Below, piece by piece: positions 1 to 11,126 of a DNA stretch of 64,000 nucleotides. Numbering within the stretch: position 1 is the first letter of the stretch; each line of letters begins with the position of its first letter. The position numbers and the translations under genes were made by a program. The notes below the pieces were generated by a model. That model made no database searches. It worked only from the letters and a program-made list of their open reading frames with translations, and was not told the origin of the DNA. The stretch comes from Epithemia pelagica. Its lineage: Eukaryota > Protista > Bacillariophyta. The DNA is taken from NCBI GenBank assembly GCA_946965045.2, contig OX337230.1:1798001-1862000 (forward strand). Direction: 5' to 3'.

Positions 1-687
1 CATCTTCTTAATCATTTATTTGGCGATTACTTCAAAGAAAATGCAGATGACGAAATCGCTCGAGATATGGCAGATCGCTGGGTCGCCTTCTCGCACACGG
101 GTGACCCAAACTATGAAGGCTCTAAGGCAAAATGGCATCCATGGAGATATATCATGGATGACGCCTATACCCGAGACGATCGCTATCGTCCTTGGCAAAC
201 GCAGGACTTTGATCGAATATTTGACCTTCAGGTTCCACAGGACGTGGACGAGCCCGATGATGAGAACGTTTTCGTTTGGTCCGATAACCCGGACGAACAA
301 ATTTATCGTAGACGTGCGCTAAATGCAATGGGAATGGAAGTAGTTGAGGAAGATGTATTCCGTACAATTCTTCGGAGAAAATCAAGGGACGATGACTCAG
401 AGCCTTTCTACGATTCTTTTCCTTTTGGAAGTACAGCTCGCCACAAGGAGGCCGCTGGGCAGAAGGAAAGAGCAAGGCGTGCTGTTGTCCAGCTTCAACA
501 AATCGCACAAGATATGGGAGTGATTGGAACTGGACTACGTGGAGAACCAAAGAGAAACTCGAATACAGACACGTGGGAAGAAAATTTCTTTCCCGAGATG
601 TTGGAGCTTAAATGGCCTCCAGAAGGTCGCCTTGTCGAGCGCGACTGCACGTGTGATTTCTGGGACAGGATAAGGTATCGCTACTGA
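1..687 (+). CDS. C-terminal part of a type-B carboxylesterase-like protein (5' partial)
   Basis: Frame is open from base 1. MADRWVAFSHTGDPN matches the COesterase C-terminal W-x-x-F-x-x-x-G-x-P-N motif. Confidence 0.55.
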   Translation, partial: HLLNHLFGDYFKENADDEIARDMADRWVAFSHTGDPNYEGSKAKWHPWRYIMDDAYTRDDRYRPWQTQDFDRIFDLQVPQDVDEPDDENVFVWSDNPDEQIYRRRALNAMGMEVVEEDVFRTILRRKSRDDDSEPFYDSFPFGSTARHKEAAGQKERARRAVVQLQQIAQDMGVIGTGLRGEPKRNSNTDTWEENFFPEMLELKWPPEGRLVERDCTCDFWDRIRYRY

Positions 688-951
688 TTGGTTATTTAGA
701 CGAAAGACAGGTACCATTTCTAGCCGTCAAGAAGATTTGGGACACTCAGAATGGGAAACCGAGTGCTTAATTCAGGATATGAACCACCTGGATTGAACAC
801 CACCTCCTGGACCAGATTGAAAAGTCTTGGTTCTAATCATTGCGAGCAAAGAAAACTTAGTAAGGGTTGACCACAACGGACTGGAAAGAAAATGTAGCGG
901 TGGAGATTCGGGCTCTTGCTCCGTACTAATATTCCACAACATGATATTATT

Positions 952-2666
952 TTAGGCTTCTGATACGGTAGGAAACAGGCTTTCGTACTGAAGGCGCTCG
1001 TCAAGGTATACGCCAACAGTGCCGATTTCAGGATTCGACTTACGTAGGTTGACGCTCTTTGTCTTCAGACGAAATCTCTTGGAGAGCTCATCCAAACTTT
1101 TCTGAGCTGCATGTGAAGGCAATTCCATGACAGTTACAATCTCACCCAATCTACGAAAGAGAAATTCGAAATCGCACAAAGCAACCAAATGCTCGTCTTC
1201 GGGGCACAGCTTCCACAACTCAAACTCCCTGCTATACTGGGCGTAGGTTTCAACGAGTTTCCACCCTCCCTGTCTTTCAATCTCTTCTTGGACTTTGGCT
1301 GATGACAAAAGACCACACAAAAAGTCAGTGGCTCTCTTGGCTGAAACGATATTGGCGGCCTCGTCAATGTCAGCAAAAACTTGCTTTACTTCTTCGTTGC
1401 TGAGTGCTCTAGGACCGCCATTCTTGAGAATACTGTGTTGCGATGCCGGTTTCTGGCAAAATGAAGTCGGAATAATTGATCCATCAAATTTGGTGGCCAG
1501 GAGTTGGTCGAGCCCGAAGTATTTACACAGAAAGTCCAGTGCACCAACAAACAAAGACTGTAGTCGATCTTCAGTGATTTCCTTGGCCTTCTTTGTTATT
1601 GGAGTCATAATAATCTGGTTATGAACCTGGGAATGTCGTTTTGACCAATTCATGTAGTCTTTGTCTTCTGGTGAAAGACGGGGTGGAGCAGGAAGAAGCA
1701 AAACACGGAGATGATATCGTAATGCCTGCCCAACAAATTCTGCTAGTCGTTTCTCAATAAACGATGGGGATTCATTGCCATCGAATCGACTTAGCAGTGC
1801 TCTGATTTCGTTACTGTACATGCTCACTGCCTTCCCGACACGCCTTAACGGATGATCTATTGAAACAGACGCAGCGCATGACTCGAGCCACGTGGCCGAC
1901 GGGGATGCAAGAAAATCATAAAGCTCCGAAAGAGATTCGCGTATCCGTATCCTTTCTTTCTCATCGTTGCGAAGGTAAAGAAGTCGATCCATTTCAATTT
2001 TGGCCTCACGAAGTGACTCAATGGATTCCTTTTGATTTGTACCCGACCCTTGGACACGGTCCACTGGTGGAAGCGTGCTCGAATAGTCAAATGTACAAAA
2101 GTGAACGCTTTTATGTTTGTCTGGAATCCATCCACTGAGTGAGACTGCTTCTGTCTTCACAAGGCTCCTCAAATAAGGGAGAACGCTAGAGTAAGTATTC
2201 TCGTCATCAGTTGCAATAGCAGCTCCCGTAATAGCATCTTTGCCCAAACAAGACGACAGAAAAAAACACGTGAAGATTCGTGACGAAAGACACGGCTTCA
2301 ACAAAATGTAAGTAAAAGAAATGCCTCAAGCAAAGTCTCGTAGGACTCTCCACTTACAATGTCCAGGTTGTTGCCAATGACGTCTCCGAACAGCTCGGAA
2401 ACCTTGTCAAAGAGCCTCGTCTCGTTCATCAAGCCCGAATTCTTGGCCTTTCGAGCAGCACTTCGTGTTTGCATTCCGAGTGATACATCGAGCCTCGTTC
2501 GCTTTGTCCGATGAGGGGTTGCAGATTCTTTCACGAACGATTGAGGTGTGTTCACAGTCTTGGTAGTTGACATTGGTTGTCGTCGCTTGCGCGGAGTCGG
2601 CGTTTTCGGATGAAGTATGCCAGTGATTGACTCCGACGAATTTTCTTTTCCTTCATTTGCAAGCAT
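952..2666 (-). CDS. Hypothetical protein, probably two or more exons
   Basis: 450-aa ORF (952-2304) plus an upstream basic, low-complexity ORF (2298-2666) with a GTAAGT donor near 2357. Acceptor and start are uncertain; no recognisable domain. Confidence 0.5.
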
Positions 2667-3036
2667 CTTGTCGACGTCCAGGGTAAAAGAAACAAACTTG
2701 AAAGTAAGTCTCTACCGATCAGATACAAGAAGCTATCTCAGTCTCAGATCATGATAAGAACTGAAAACGCCAAACGTCGAAAAATGAAGGATTGTGTGTA
2801 GAAGTTTCGTTGTGCCACGCGCCGCGCCAATTGGGCGTGCGTGACATGCGGGTAACTGCTTTGACCGGCTTTCTCTCTCTCTCTACGGATGCTTAAATCA
2901 ACGGAGTCCGACGGAAAGATAGTCACGCCCGCCCGACTTCCGGTCTACTCTCCACCTGTGTCCAACCACCGCAATGGCAGATGAGTAGACAGACATGAGT
3001 CTTTTTGGCACAGTGTGAACGTGAGCACAGAGCACA

Positions 3037-3633
3037 ATGTTGTCTGAAGTCGTCAATGCCCTTTTTCTTACATTCCTCGCGACAGATTATCTGATTGCAT
3101 CTAATCAGGAGTTGGATGCTCAACCTTTCAACAGAAGTGGAAGCTACCCTGCAGCTCGAATTTTGTTTAAGCCACAGAATCTCTTCGCGGCAATATGTGT
3201 TGTGGTTTGCAATGCGGTGGACCGACTTTCTGGATTAGCCGACTGGATGCAAACTGCTCTTCACAAGTTTCTCCATGCTCCCAAGATTATCATGGTGGCC
3301 TTTATGTATATTCTTGTCTTGTACTGGGACTGCCGCCGTTTGGTGCATCGTGAAGACCTGTCTGTGACGGCCTTCCTTCGCAACGTGGGCGTGGCCTTCT
3401 GCTATGTTCTCCCAGTTTACCCATTTCTCGCGGTTCTTATATCCTGTGGATTCTTTATTCTATTAACAATCTTCGATATGCTCCGGATCAACGCCGATAT
3501 TCTCAATTGGCCAATCTACTACGGAACGCTGTATGGGCCTTTTTCGTTTGTGTATTGGAAAGTCAAGAGAAATATATCGGAAGAGCGAATGTCCTTACCA
3601 AGATCACATGGGAGAAAGCTTGGGAGTGCCTGA
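3037..3633 (+). CDS. Hypothetical multi-pass membrane protein
   Basis: 198-aa ATG-started ORF with 3-4 hydrophobic segments. Confidence 0.5.
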   Translation: MLSEVVNALFLTFLATDYLIASNQELDAQPFNRSGSYPAARILFKPQNLFAAICVVVCNAVDRLSGLADWMQTALHKFLHAPKIIMVAFMYILVLYWDCRRLVHREDLSVTAFLRNVGVAFCYVLPVYPFLAVLISCGFFILLTIFDMLRINADILNWPIYYGTLYGPFSFVYWKVKRNISEERMSLPRSHGRKLGSA

Positions 3634-4029
3634 TAACCTTGGAATCAATTGTTTCAGGACTTTTGTCTGGGTGTCCTGCAGAATTTGATCATTTGCTACC
3701 CCACTCTTGCAATTGGCGTTTGTGGACCACTGTATTTTTTGCCTCTCCAGCACATTTGCAGGGAAAGGGAGATATTGAAGCCATTTTGGTTACCTACAGG
3801 AAAGAATTAAAATGTCATAGAGGGATTGAGGCGTCAGAATGTATCAAAGTTAACCCACCAATCAACGAGAAGTGAGAGCTCGTACTCGATCTCCAACCCT
3901 TTTTCTCACAAGGATTAAAAGGCGTAACTGTTTTGAAACTTGGCTGCTAATTCAAACGACAAAATTCAAACAAGATCAAATATAAAGTTTCAAACTATCT
4001 ACGGATTCCGCTTCGGTAGCATGGTTCTC

Positions 4030-7000
4030 CTACGTAATAGGGCGCGGTCGTCCGTTCTGGTAAATTCCTTGAGGATCCCCATTCATGGCGTTGGTTCGAC
4101 CAGGCTGTGCTGGTACAATGTTAGCAGTGGGATCGGCTGCAAACGCAACTTTCTTCATGCCATTTGACATCGAGTCCCTTGTGCTCATGGGAACTCGTAC
4201 ATGCTGCTGTAACTCCGCAAGCGACACGCGCATTTTCTTTGCAAGAGCCTTTGTTTTGAAGGACTCCAACACCTCTTCTCCCCGAATAACCCATTCAGCA
4301 CGATTCTTCTCTGCATAGTTGAGGTACTCATCACTCGAAACCCCAAAAACACCACATTCTTTCAATTTCTTGGCCAACGGAATAACCCAACCATCAAAGA
4401 ACTTGATCTCCCCCTCGTACCAACCATCTGTTGGGTCCTTCTCGGTTCGTCCAGCCAAGAACGCGGCGTACATTTCTCGATACAAACGTTCATTCCACTT
4501 GGTGTAGACATGCCAATGTTGCATTGTATGCGAAACGTCGGATGCCTGAATCAAGTGCTCCATGACAACAGTAGCCTTCCTGTTGATAGCGTTGTGAGCG
4601 CCATTGTCGACGTCCCCAAAGGCCATATCCCAGCGATTCTTGCGCATAGTGGTAAGCTCCTTGTCGAAAATATCCGTGGCCATGACTGTGTTGACAACTA
4701 GCTGCCGGAACCGCTTCAGTTCATTTGAAGTTGTATAAATTGTTCGCCTCAAATCCGCGTACTGTGCTTCCATGAGAACTTCCCAAGCCACGTCAATGGA
4801 GTTTTGTTCGGCAATGCTTCGATTACGGTAGACCGAAGCAAGACGTTCCTCTTCCTTGGCCAGAATGAAGTTAGGCACACCACGATGATCCGCATCGTGG
4901 ATCAGGGCTGAAAGGACTACTGCAAATTGTGTAAGGGGGTCCGATGTGATGCCATACGTGTGATCATGGAGTTCTTCACCGATTACGCCTCCATCGGCAT
5001 CTGTCATTGGCTGTGTTGGTGCCACAATTCGGGAGAGCAACTTCACGGTGGACATACTAACGTGACTGGCGTGTTCAAAGTTGTGGAACGGTGTATCGCG
5101 ATACATGGATGCCACGACGGTAACAAAACTATGAAGTTGGTTTTCGACAGACTCGCCAATCTCGACAAAACGAGGATCTTTCTCGTAGGCGGCCGAATCA
5201 AAGGATGGCAGCTCAATCACCTCGACAATTTCATCCACGGGTAATCCCTCCTGACCAATGTTTCTTTCCAATGAATCAAGTTCATTCTGCTCTGACAGGA
5301 CATTCGACATTGAGCCACGACGTGATGCTTGTCGCTTCGCAACAATCAATCGAAGGAGCTGCAACAAGATATCACAATTCCAGTCAATCATTCTCTGGAT
5401 CTTGTCATTCTTGACTTGCGAATGCACAATCTCAGACACTGGCGCTTGGGCTTCAGCTTCGACTTCTGGTGCTTGTTCAGCACCAGGATCAGAGCTAGTC
5501 TTAGAAGGTGCCGTGATATCTTCACGAGGAAGCAACCAAAAGGTTCGTAGCTCTCCCTTTCCTTTGGCCACCACGACATCTTCACGTGGAACAACCCAAT
5601 GTGACTTTCCGGCTGCAATGAGAAGATCGGCCGTTTCCTGAGAAATATGTATTCTGTCCCGCAGTCCAGTGCTCTCCATTCGTGCTGCTGTGTTGACTGT
5701 GTCGCCGAAAAGTTGGAATCGAGCTCGATCTCCACGAAGCACGCCGGCAGTTACAGGTCCTGAACAAACAACAACGAAGGGTTTCGTTAGCAAAAGGATT
5801 CGACGTGCGACATTATTCCCACAGACGCAGGAGATACAAGCAGGAACACACAATCGAAACTCACCCGAATGCAAGCCAAAGCGCATCGACAAATCACCAG
5901 TATCAGGACCGAGCTTCGCTTCCAACTTATGCACCAAGTGATCCATCTTCTCCATGCAATCCCGCGCGAACTTGGCCATGGCCAAGGCGTGGTCTTTGTT
6001 GGGCTCAGGAAGTCCACATACAGCTACGTAACAGTCGCCAATCGTCTCAACCTTGAAGATACGACGTTGAACGGCAATCCTTTGAAGATATCGAGAAAGT
6101 CGTTGCGTCAGATGAGTGTGAAACCAAACGCATTTTTTCAATGCTTCACAAACTTACTTGTCGAAGTTACGGTAAATGTTTTCCAGCAGGATGAATACCT
6201 GAGAAGGCTCACGAATAGAAGACCATGCTGTGAACCCTGCAATGTCCGCGAACAGAACTGTCGCTGATGGGAACAAGTCGGCAATTGGTTTCGATTCGAT
6301 GAGAATATCATCATCATCGTCTTCTACGGTCCCATACTGATCATTTGTTATGTCCTCTGCATCAAAGAAGTTGCTCTTCAAGGCATTCTTGCGTTTGCGG
6401 TTTAAGGCCGCTGTCTCCTTTTTCTTGCGCTCCTCTTCGGCTTTATCTTGAGCCAACTGATCGGCCACATTTCCAGGAAACAGTGACGTGACAATCGACA
6501 TGGCACGAAGCGCTGTGTCTTGAACCACTCGTTGGCGCTTCATCACAAAGATATCGTAAAGAGCAAACACAGTAGACGCGAAAAAGAAAATACCGAGGAC
6601 AACGATTGTGTAGATAATGGGCTGATTGGAAGTATGGGAGTCTTCCATCTGGGAAGTGGGATAGACCTGAAATGAAATAATGGTTGAGATTTCGAGCTAA
6701 GGCGCATGATGTTACCATGTTATATCTCCATGAACGTACCTCGATAGAATATTGACAGTGGTCCTCCAAACCCGAGATTCCTTCCAGATCACCTGCGTAT
6801 CCCATGAAATCGGAGGATTCCATGAACTTATTATAGGATTTCTCATGTAAATCACCAATACCAACGAACACCGGTTCGGCTCCTCCTTGGACTCTGTAGG
6901 TGAAGGATGACCCACATGATTCGCGGAGGACGCAATCGACCACACTGTCCTTGTCCTGCAAAATATCTTGAAAAAAGATTCTCCAAGGAATCACCATAAC

Positions 7001-7978
7001 GATGCTTCCTACTACGGTTCGGTTTCCAATCGACTCGAAAACGGGTGTGACGAGAAGAGACTGGGGATCTTCACCCTGCGGAGCCGAAGGACCGAGCAAG
7101 GATTCCGTATCCAAGACCTCTGAAATGGCAGTTTCCTGCGTGTGGATGACGAACTGAACCAAACGTTTAAACGTTGGCTGATTAAACATATTGAACATGA
7201 TGACAGATGTATCAGAGGGTGGAGGCGATAGCTGCCATAAAGGTGAGTAAGGACCCGGTGGCTCTTGACGAATATTGTTCCGCGAAGTCTTTCGGTAGAT
7301 ACTTTCGGATATCGTTATGTTCTCCTCTGGCAACGGTTGACCTCGGATCTCCAACGATCTCTCTATCCAGTCCGCATTCTCTGCAGAATATGCTTCAAAT
7401 CCGGCACGATCTTCATCTGTGACCAGAGGTGAATAGGCAAGAGTAAGTGCCCCACTGCTGTTTAGCGCCTGTCCTGCGAAAGCCTCAAAGTACTGAATAC
7501 GACACAACGTGAACGGGAAGAAAAAACAGAATATTCAATATATATTGAATGAAACCTTGAGTCGTTGTTCCATACGGGCCAAGGTGAGTCATAAGGGCCC
7601 ACTTACCGGCAGCGTGAAGTTCGGAAAGGTGGCTTTCTGATAACCGGCATAGGAACTAAAGGTCAAACTCGTGGCCAAAATGGTGTTTTTCAGAGAGGCT
7701 GCGTTCGCTCTACTGATATCAAGTACATCTTTTGCATCGAACTTGAACTGAGTCTTGAAGTCCTCATGTTCTTCTTTGTCCATGAACCAAAATGTCAGAT
7801 ACCCAACAACCCCGGCACTAGCCAACAGCACGGCAACAACAAATGCTTTAGAACAAATGACCCATCGTCGTTCTGTTTCCCCCACCCTTGCTGTCGATTT
7901 ATCGGGAGCCGATTCTGGTGACTTCTTTTCAAAGGGTTCATCTGCAGCAGATGAATACGAAAGCTCGTCTTCGTTCAT
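4030..7978 (-). CDS. Receptor-type guanylate/adenylate cyclase fused to a 3',5'-cyclic nucleotide phosphodiesterase (TM, CHASE-like extracellular region, TM, cyclase, PDE); about 5 exons
   Basis: Cyclase motifs LFADIAGFT, KVETIGDCYVAVCG, LFGDTVNTAARMES. PDE motifs HNFEHASHV, LIHDADH, ATD, ASDVSH. GT-AG introns near 7604-7495, 6760-6669, 6156-6080, 5862-5763. Confidence 0.92.
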
Positions 7979-9112
7979 CGTCTAATATACGCCGATAGCC
8001 AACAAGGTCACCTCATGCAAATTGCGATGTCGACTCTGTTTGACTACGAGCGGCGAACGATTATTCGTGCAAAATACACGCCGCGTTTTGGCAGGGCAAT
8101 GTCAATGAGATATCGTATTGGGAATGCTTGTTTCCGGAACTCAACCGCTCTTGTCGCGAAGAGTACTGTGCGAGCATCCCCTATCGGTATCGGGGTCTCC
8201 GGTGTGGACGTTTTACATTTAAGCCCCATTACCTGGTATGGCACAAAACTTGGTGCAAGCTGAAAGGGATTGACAGTACGAGCTCCACTCCTGGATATTT
8301 TTGTGCACAGTAGCCCGTGCTTTCATGGCCTCCACTGTTTTCTCATTAGTGATTCTAGCTTCGCAGGAAGAGCACTACGGCCATTTTACACTGCATAACA
8401 CCACCATGGACGATAAAGACCGCTGTGCACCTCCAACGAAAGGTGCTAGTACTCCTCCGGCCATCCAGGATGCCTCAGAATCAAGTGTACCGTGATGGGT
8501 GAAAAGGGCGGCATTGAGTTTGCGAGTTTGATGGACCTACGGCAAGGTTGTTTGATGTCTTCCACTTTTGGGTTGGAAGGAAGCAACGAGAGGATCAAGA
8601 TTGGAGTCCGATAATGATGGAATGAACCAAGATTGCAGGGATGGACGACAATGGAAGCTCCGAAATGGGTGGATGAGGCACAGGAGAGCAGCAGCAAGGA
8701 CACACGGCAATCAACTGGAGGATTCCGAAGCACAAACATGACGAGAATCTCGGCAACCGCAACGAAGGAAGTGACAATGAGAAGACGACGCCACTGGAGA
8801 CAATGAATGCAGCAATTCACTTATCGTCCGTCCGCATGCAACAATCAACTTCTTGGTTTTTCGTGGTCCGAACACAGCAAATGAAAGCCTCGTCGGGATG
8901 GTGGTTCTTACGCAACAAAAGTTTGGTTCGACGAATAAAAAAACCACGCTACCATGGGTGGAAGGACTGCTTCTGCCACCGCTGCCGATGGTGTTGGCTG
9001 CTTCCGAAAACACAGTTCGAGTGGAAGAAGGAGTGGAAAAAGTGGAGCCGTACACCATCAACTGGTTTTGGCCTCGCGTAGCAGTGCGTGTCCCAATCAT
9101 TACAATCAACTC

Positions 9113-9345
9113 GTCGTTTCGGCCGGACGAAACAATTTGGGGCCACGACAATGACACCAAATGTAACAATCAACTGCTCTCCATCGCTGTTTCTTTTCAT
9201 GTCTACGGTTCTACAACAAACGAAACAATCCACGCCTTGTTTTGGCCGAACGAGACAATCCTGTGCCGCGACAACGACACCAAACGCAACAACAAACTCC
9301 TCGTTTCGGCCGAGTGAAACAATCCCCTATAACAACGACAACAAG
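9113..9345 (+). repeat. Degenerate ~63-nt repeat (GTTTCGGCCG..GAAACAAT units), possibly a decayed coding repeat
   Basis: Units begin near 9113, 9238 and 9301; they translate as SFRPDETI..NDTKCNN, LFWPNETI..NDTKRNN and SFRPSETI. Confidence 0.45.
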
Positions 9346-9718
9346 CAGCATTGATGGTGGCAACATAATATAGGCTTATCATTAGGAAGCCATTTGTACA
9401 GTTTGATCTACTCGTAGTCCTAGTACTTTTACTTCCCGTACAGAAAGGGGAAGCGCCTCCTCGTCATGGTGAAAGGTTCATCGGTACGAGAGGTACGAGG
9501 TACGAGAGCTTCTTGTGGATGTGGGGCAATTCATTTTACTTAAGGAAAATGGATGGTGAAGTGAATCTCGTTGGGCCGGGAGTTCGAAAATGTAAAGCAC
9601 GGGCTACTGCGCACAAAAATATCCAGGAGTGGAGCTCGTACGAGTACTCCTACTCGTACTAGGTAGTACTCGTACGAGTAGACAAGAAACTACAATAGTA
9701 GAGTACACGTATTCTACT

Positions 9719-10143
9719 AGGGCACTCGCAAACCCTGCTCAGCACCCACCATGTCGCCATCCAACCTCAGGATCCCTTTCTCTCGCGCAAACACAAAGAC
9801 AAACAGCAGAATCAAATCATAAACTTATCTCATTAGATTCTCGCAACCGTAAACTCTAGTTTAGGTTGTGTTGTGGGGGGAAGGGTAATCCTTCACCACT
9901 CAGGGTCCGATCTGGCATAATGCTCAGACAGGGGAACCGGCCCAAAAGAACAAAAAGAAAGACCCAAATCAAGACTCCTGTTGGATCCGCTTGTGGCCCA
10001 CCAACGCGATCAGGTTGCACCATGCAATCGCAAAGGCGGAAACGGACAGGGGACGCAATCGGCTCAAACTCTCTCTCTAATGGACAAGAAGCAAAGAGGC
10101 CTTGCCATGTCAGCCTCAACGCAACTTGCCAGTTCCAGAAACC
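9719..10143 (-). repeat. Split direct repeat B2 (425 bp)
   Basis: Appears identical to 10674-11098; reverse-complement homologue at 62588-63012. Confidence 0.95.
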
Positions 10144-10193
10144 AGGGTGGGAAGGGAGGGAAAAAAGAAGAAATGGGTACTATCCGTACCCAC

Positions 10194-10675
10194 GAAAGTT
10201 GGAGTTTCAACTCTTTAGAAATCAAGAACGGCGCCAAAGGGGATCAGACCTTTGCCGACGAACCGTAGAAAACCCAAAGAGTGAGCTCTCCGTGTCCCTC
10301 TTGTTTTGTTTGCTGCGTCTTTGCTTGTTTGTCATGGATCGCATGTCGCGCTCCATTAGGGATCCATTGTTGGCGCATTGTTGTTTGATTCAAGAGTGCC
10401 CATGCCTCTTGAATCGGACGATCCTCTATTTGGAGGCAGTCCACTTTGAGATATGGAATGGAAGAGGCTTTGTCGCAGTAGATGGGATGCACATGTTCTT
10501 TTTGGAATTTCCTCTTCCGAGTTGCGCGCCCGTTCTGCCTCATTCTTTGTGTGACAGCGAGGCCGGCTCTTCTTTTGGGTGGACCGCCCACTTGCACTCC
10601 AACGCCAATGCTCAGACTTCATGACGTGGCCTGACCATGTTCCTTGGTCCCATCTTAACTTGGGTGTACATTGAG
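10194..10675 (-). repeat. Split direct repeat A2 (482 bp)
   Basis: Matches 18934-19416 apart from about one substitution and one 1-nt indel. Confidence 0.95.
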
Positions 10676-11098
10676 GGCACTCGCAAACCCTGCTCAGCAC
10701 CCACCATGTCGCCATCCAACCTCAGGATCCCTTTCTCTCGCGCAAACACAAAGACAAACAGCAGAATCAAATCATAAACTTATCTCATTAGATTCTCGCA
10801 ACCGTAAACTCTAGTTTAGGTTGTGTTGTGGGGGGAAGGGTAATCCTTCACCACTCAGGGTCCGATCTGGCATAATGCTCAGACAGGGGAACCGGCCCAA
10901 AAGAACAAAAAGAAAGACCCAAATCAAGACTCCTGTTGGATCCGCTTGTGGCCCACCAACGCGATCAGGTTGCACCATGCAATCGCAAAGGCGGAAACGG
11001 ACAGGGGACGCAATCGGCTCAAACTCTCTCTCTAATGGACAAGAAGCAAAGAGGCCTTGCCATGTCAGCCTCAACGCAACTTGCCAGTTCCAGAAACC
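10674..11098 (-). repeat. Split direct repeat B1 (425 bp)
   Basis: Appears identical to 9719-10143; abuts A2 through a shared AG. Confidence 0.95.
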
Positions 11099-11126
11099 CC
11101 CTCCACCGAGAATCTTGGTTTGGTCG

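Noticed and set aside
9120-9140. GGACGAAAC, resembling a hammerhead core
   Set aside because: No upstream CTGANGA; it is part of the 63-nt repeat.
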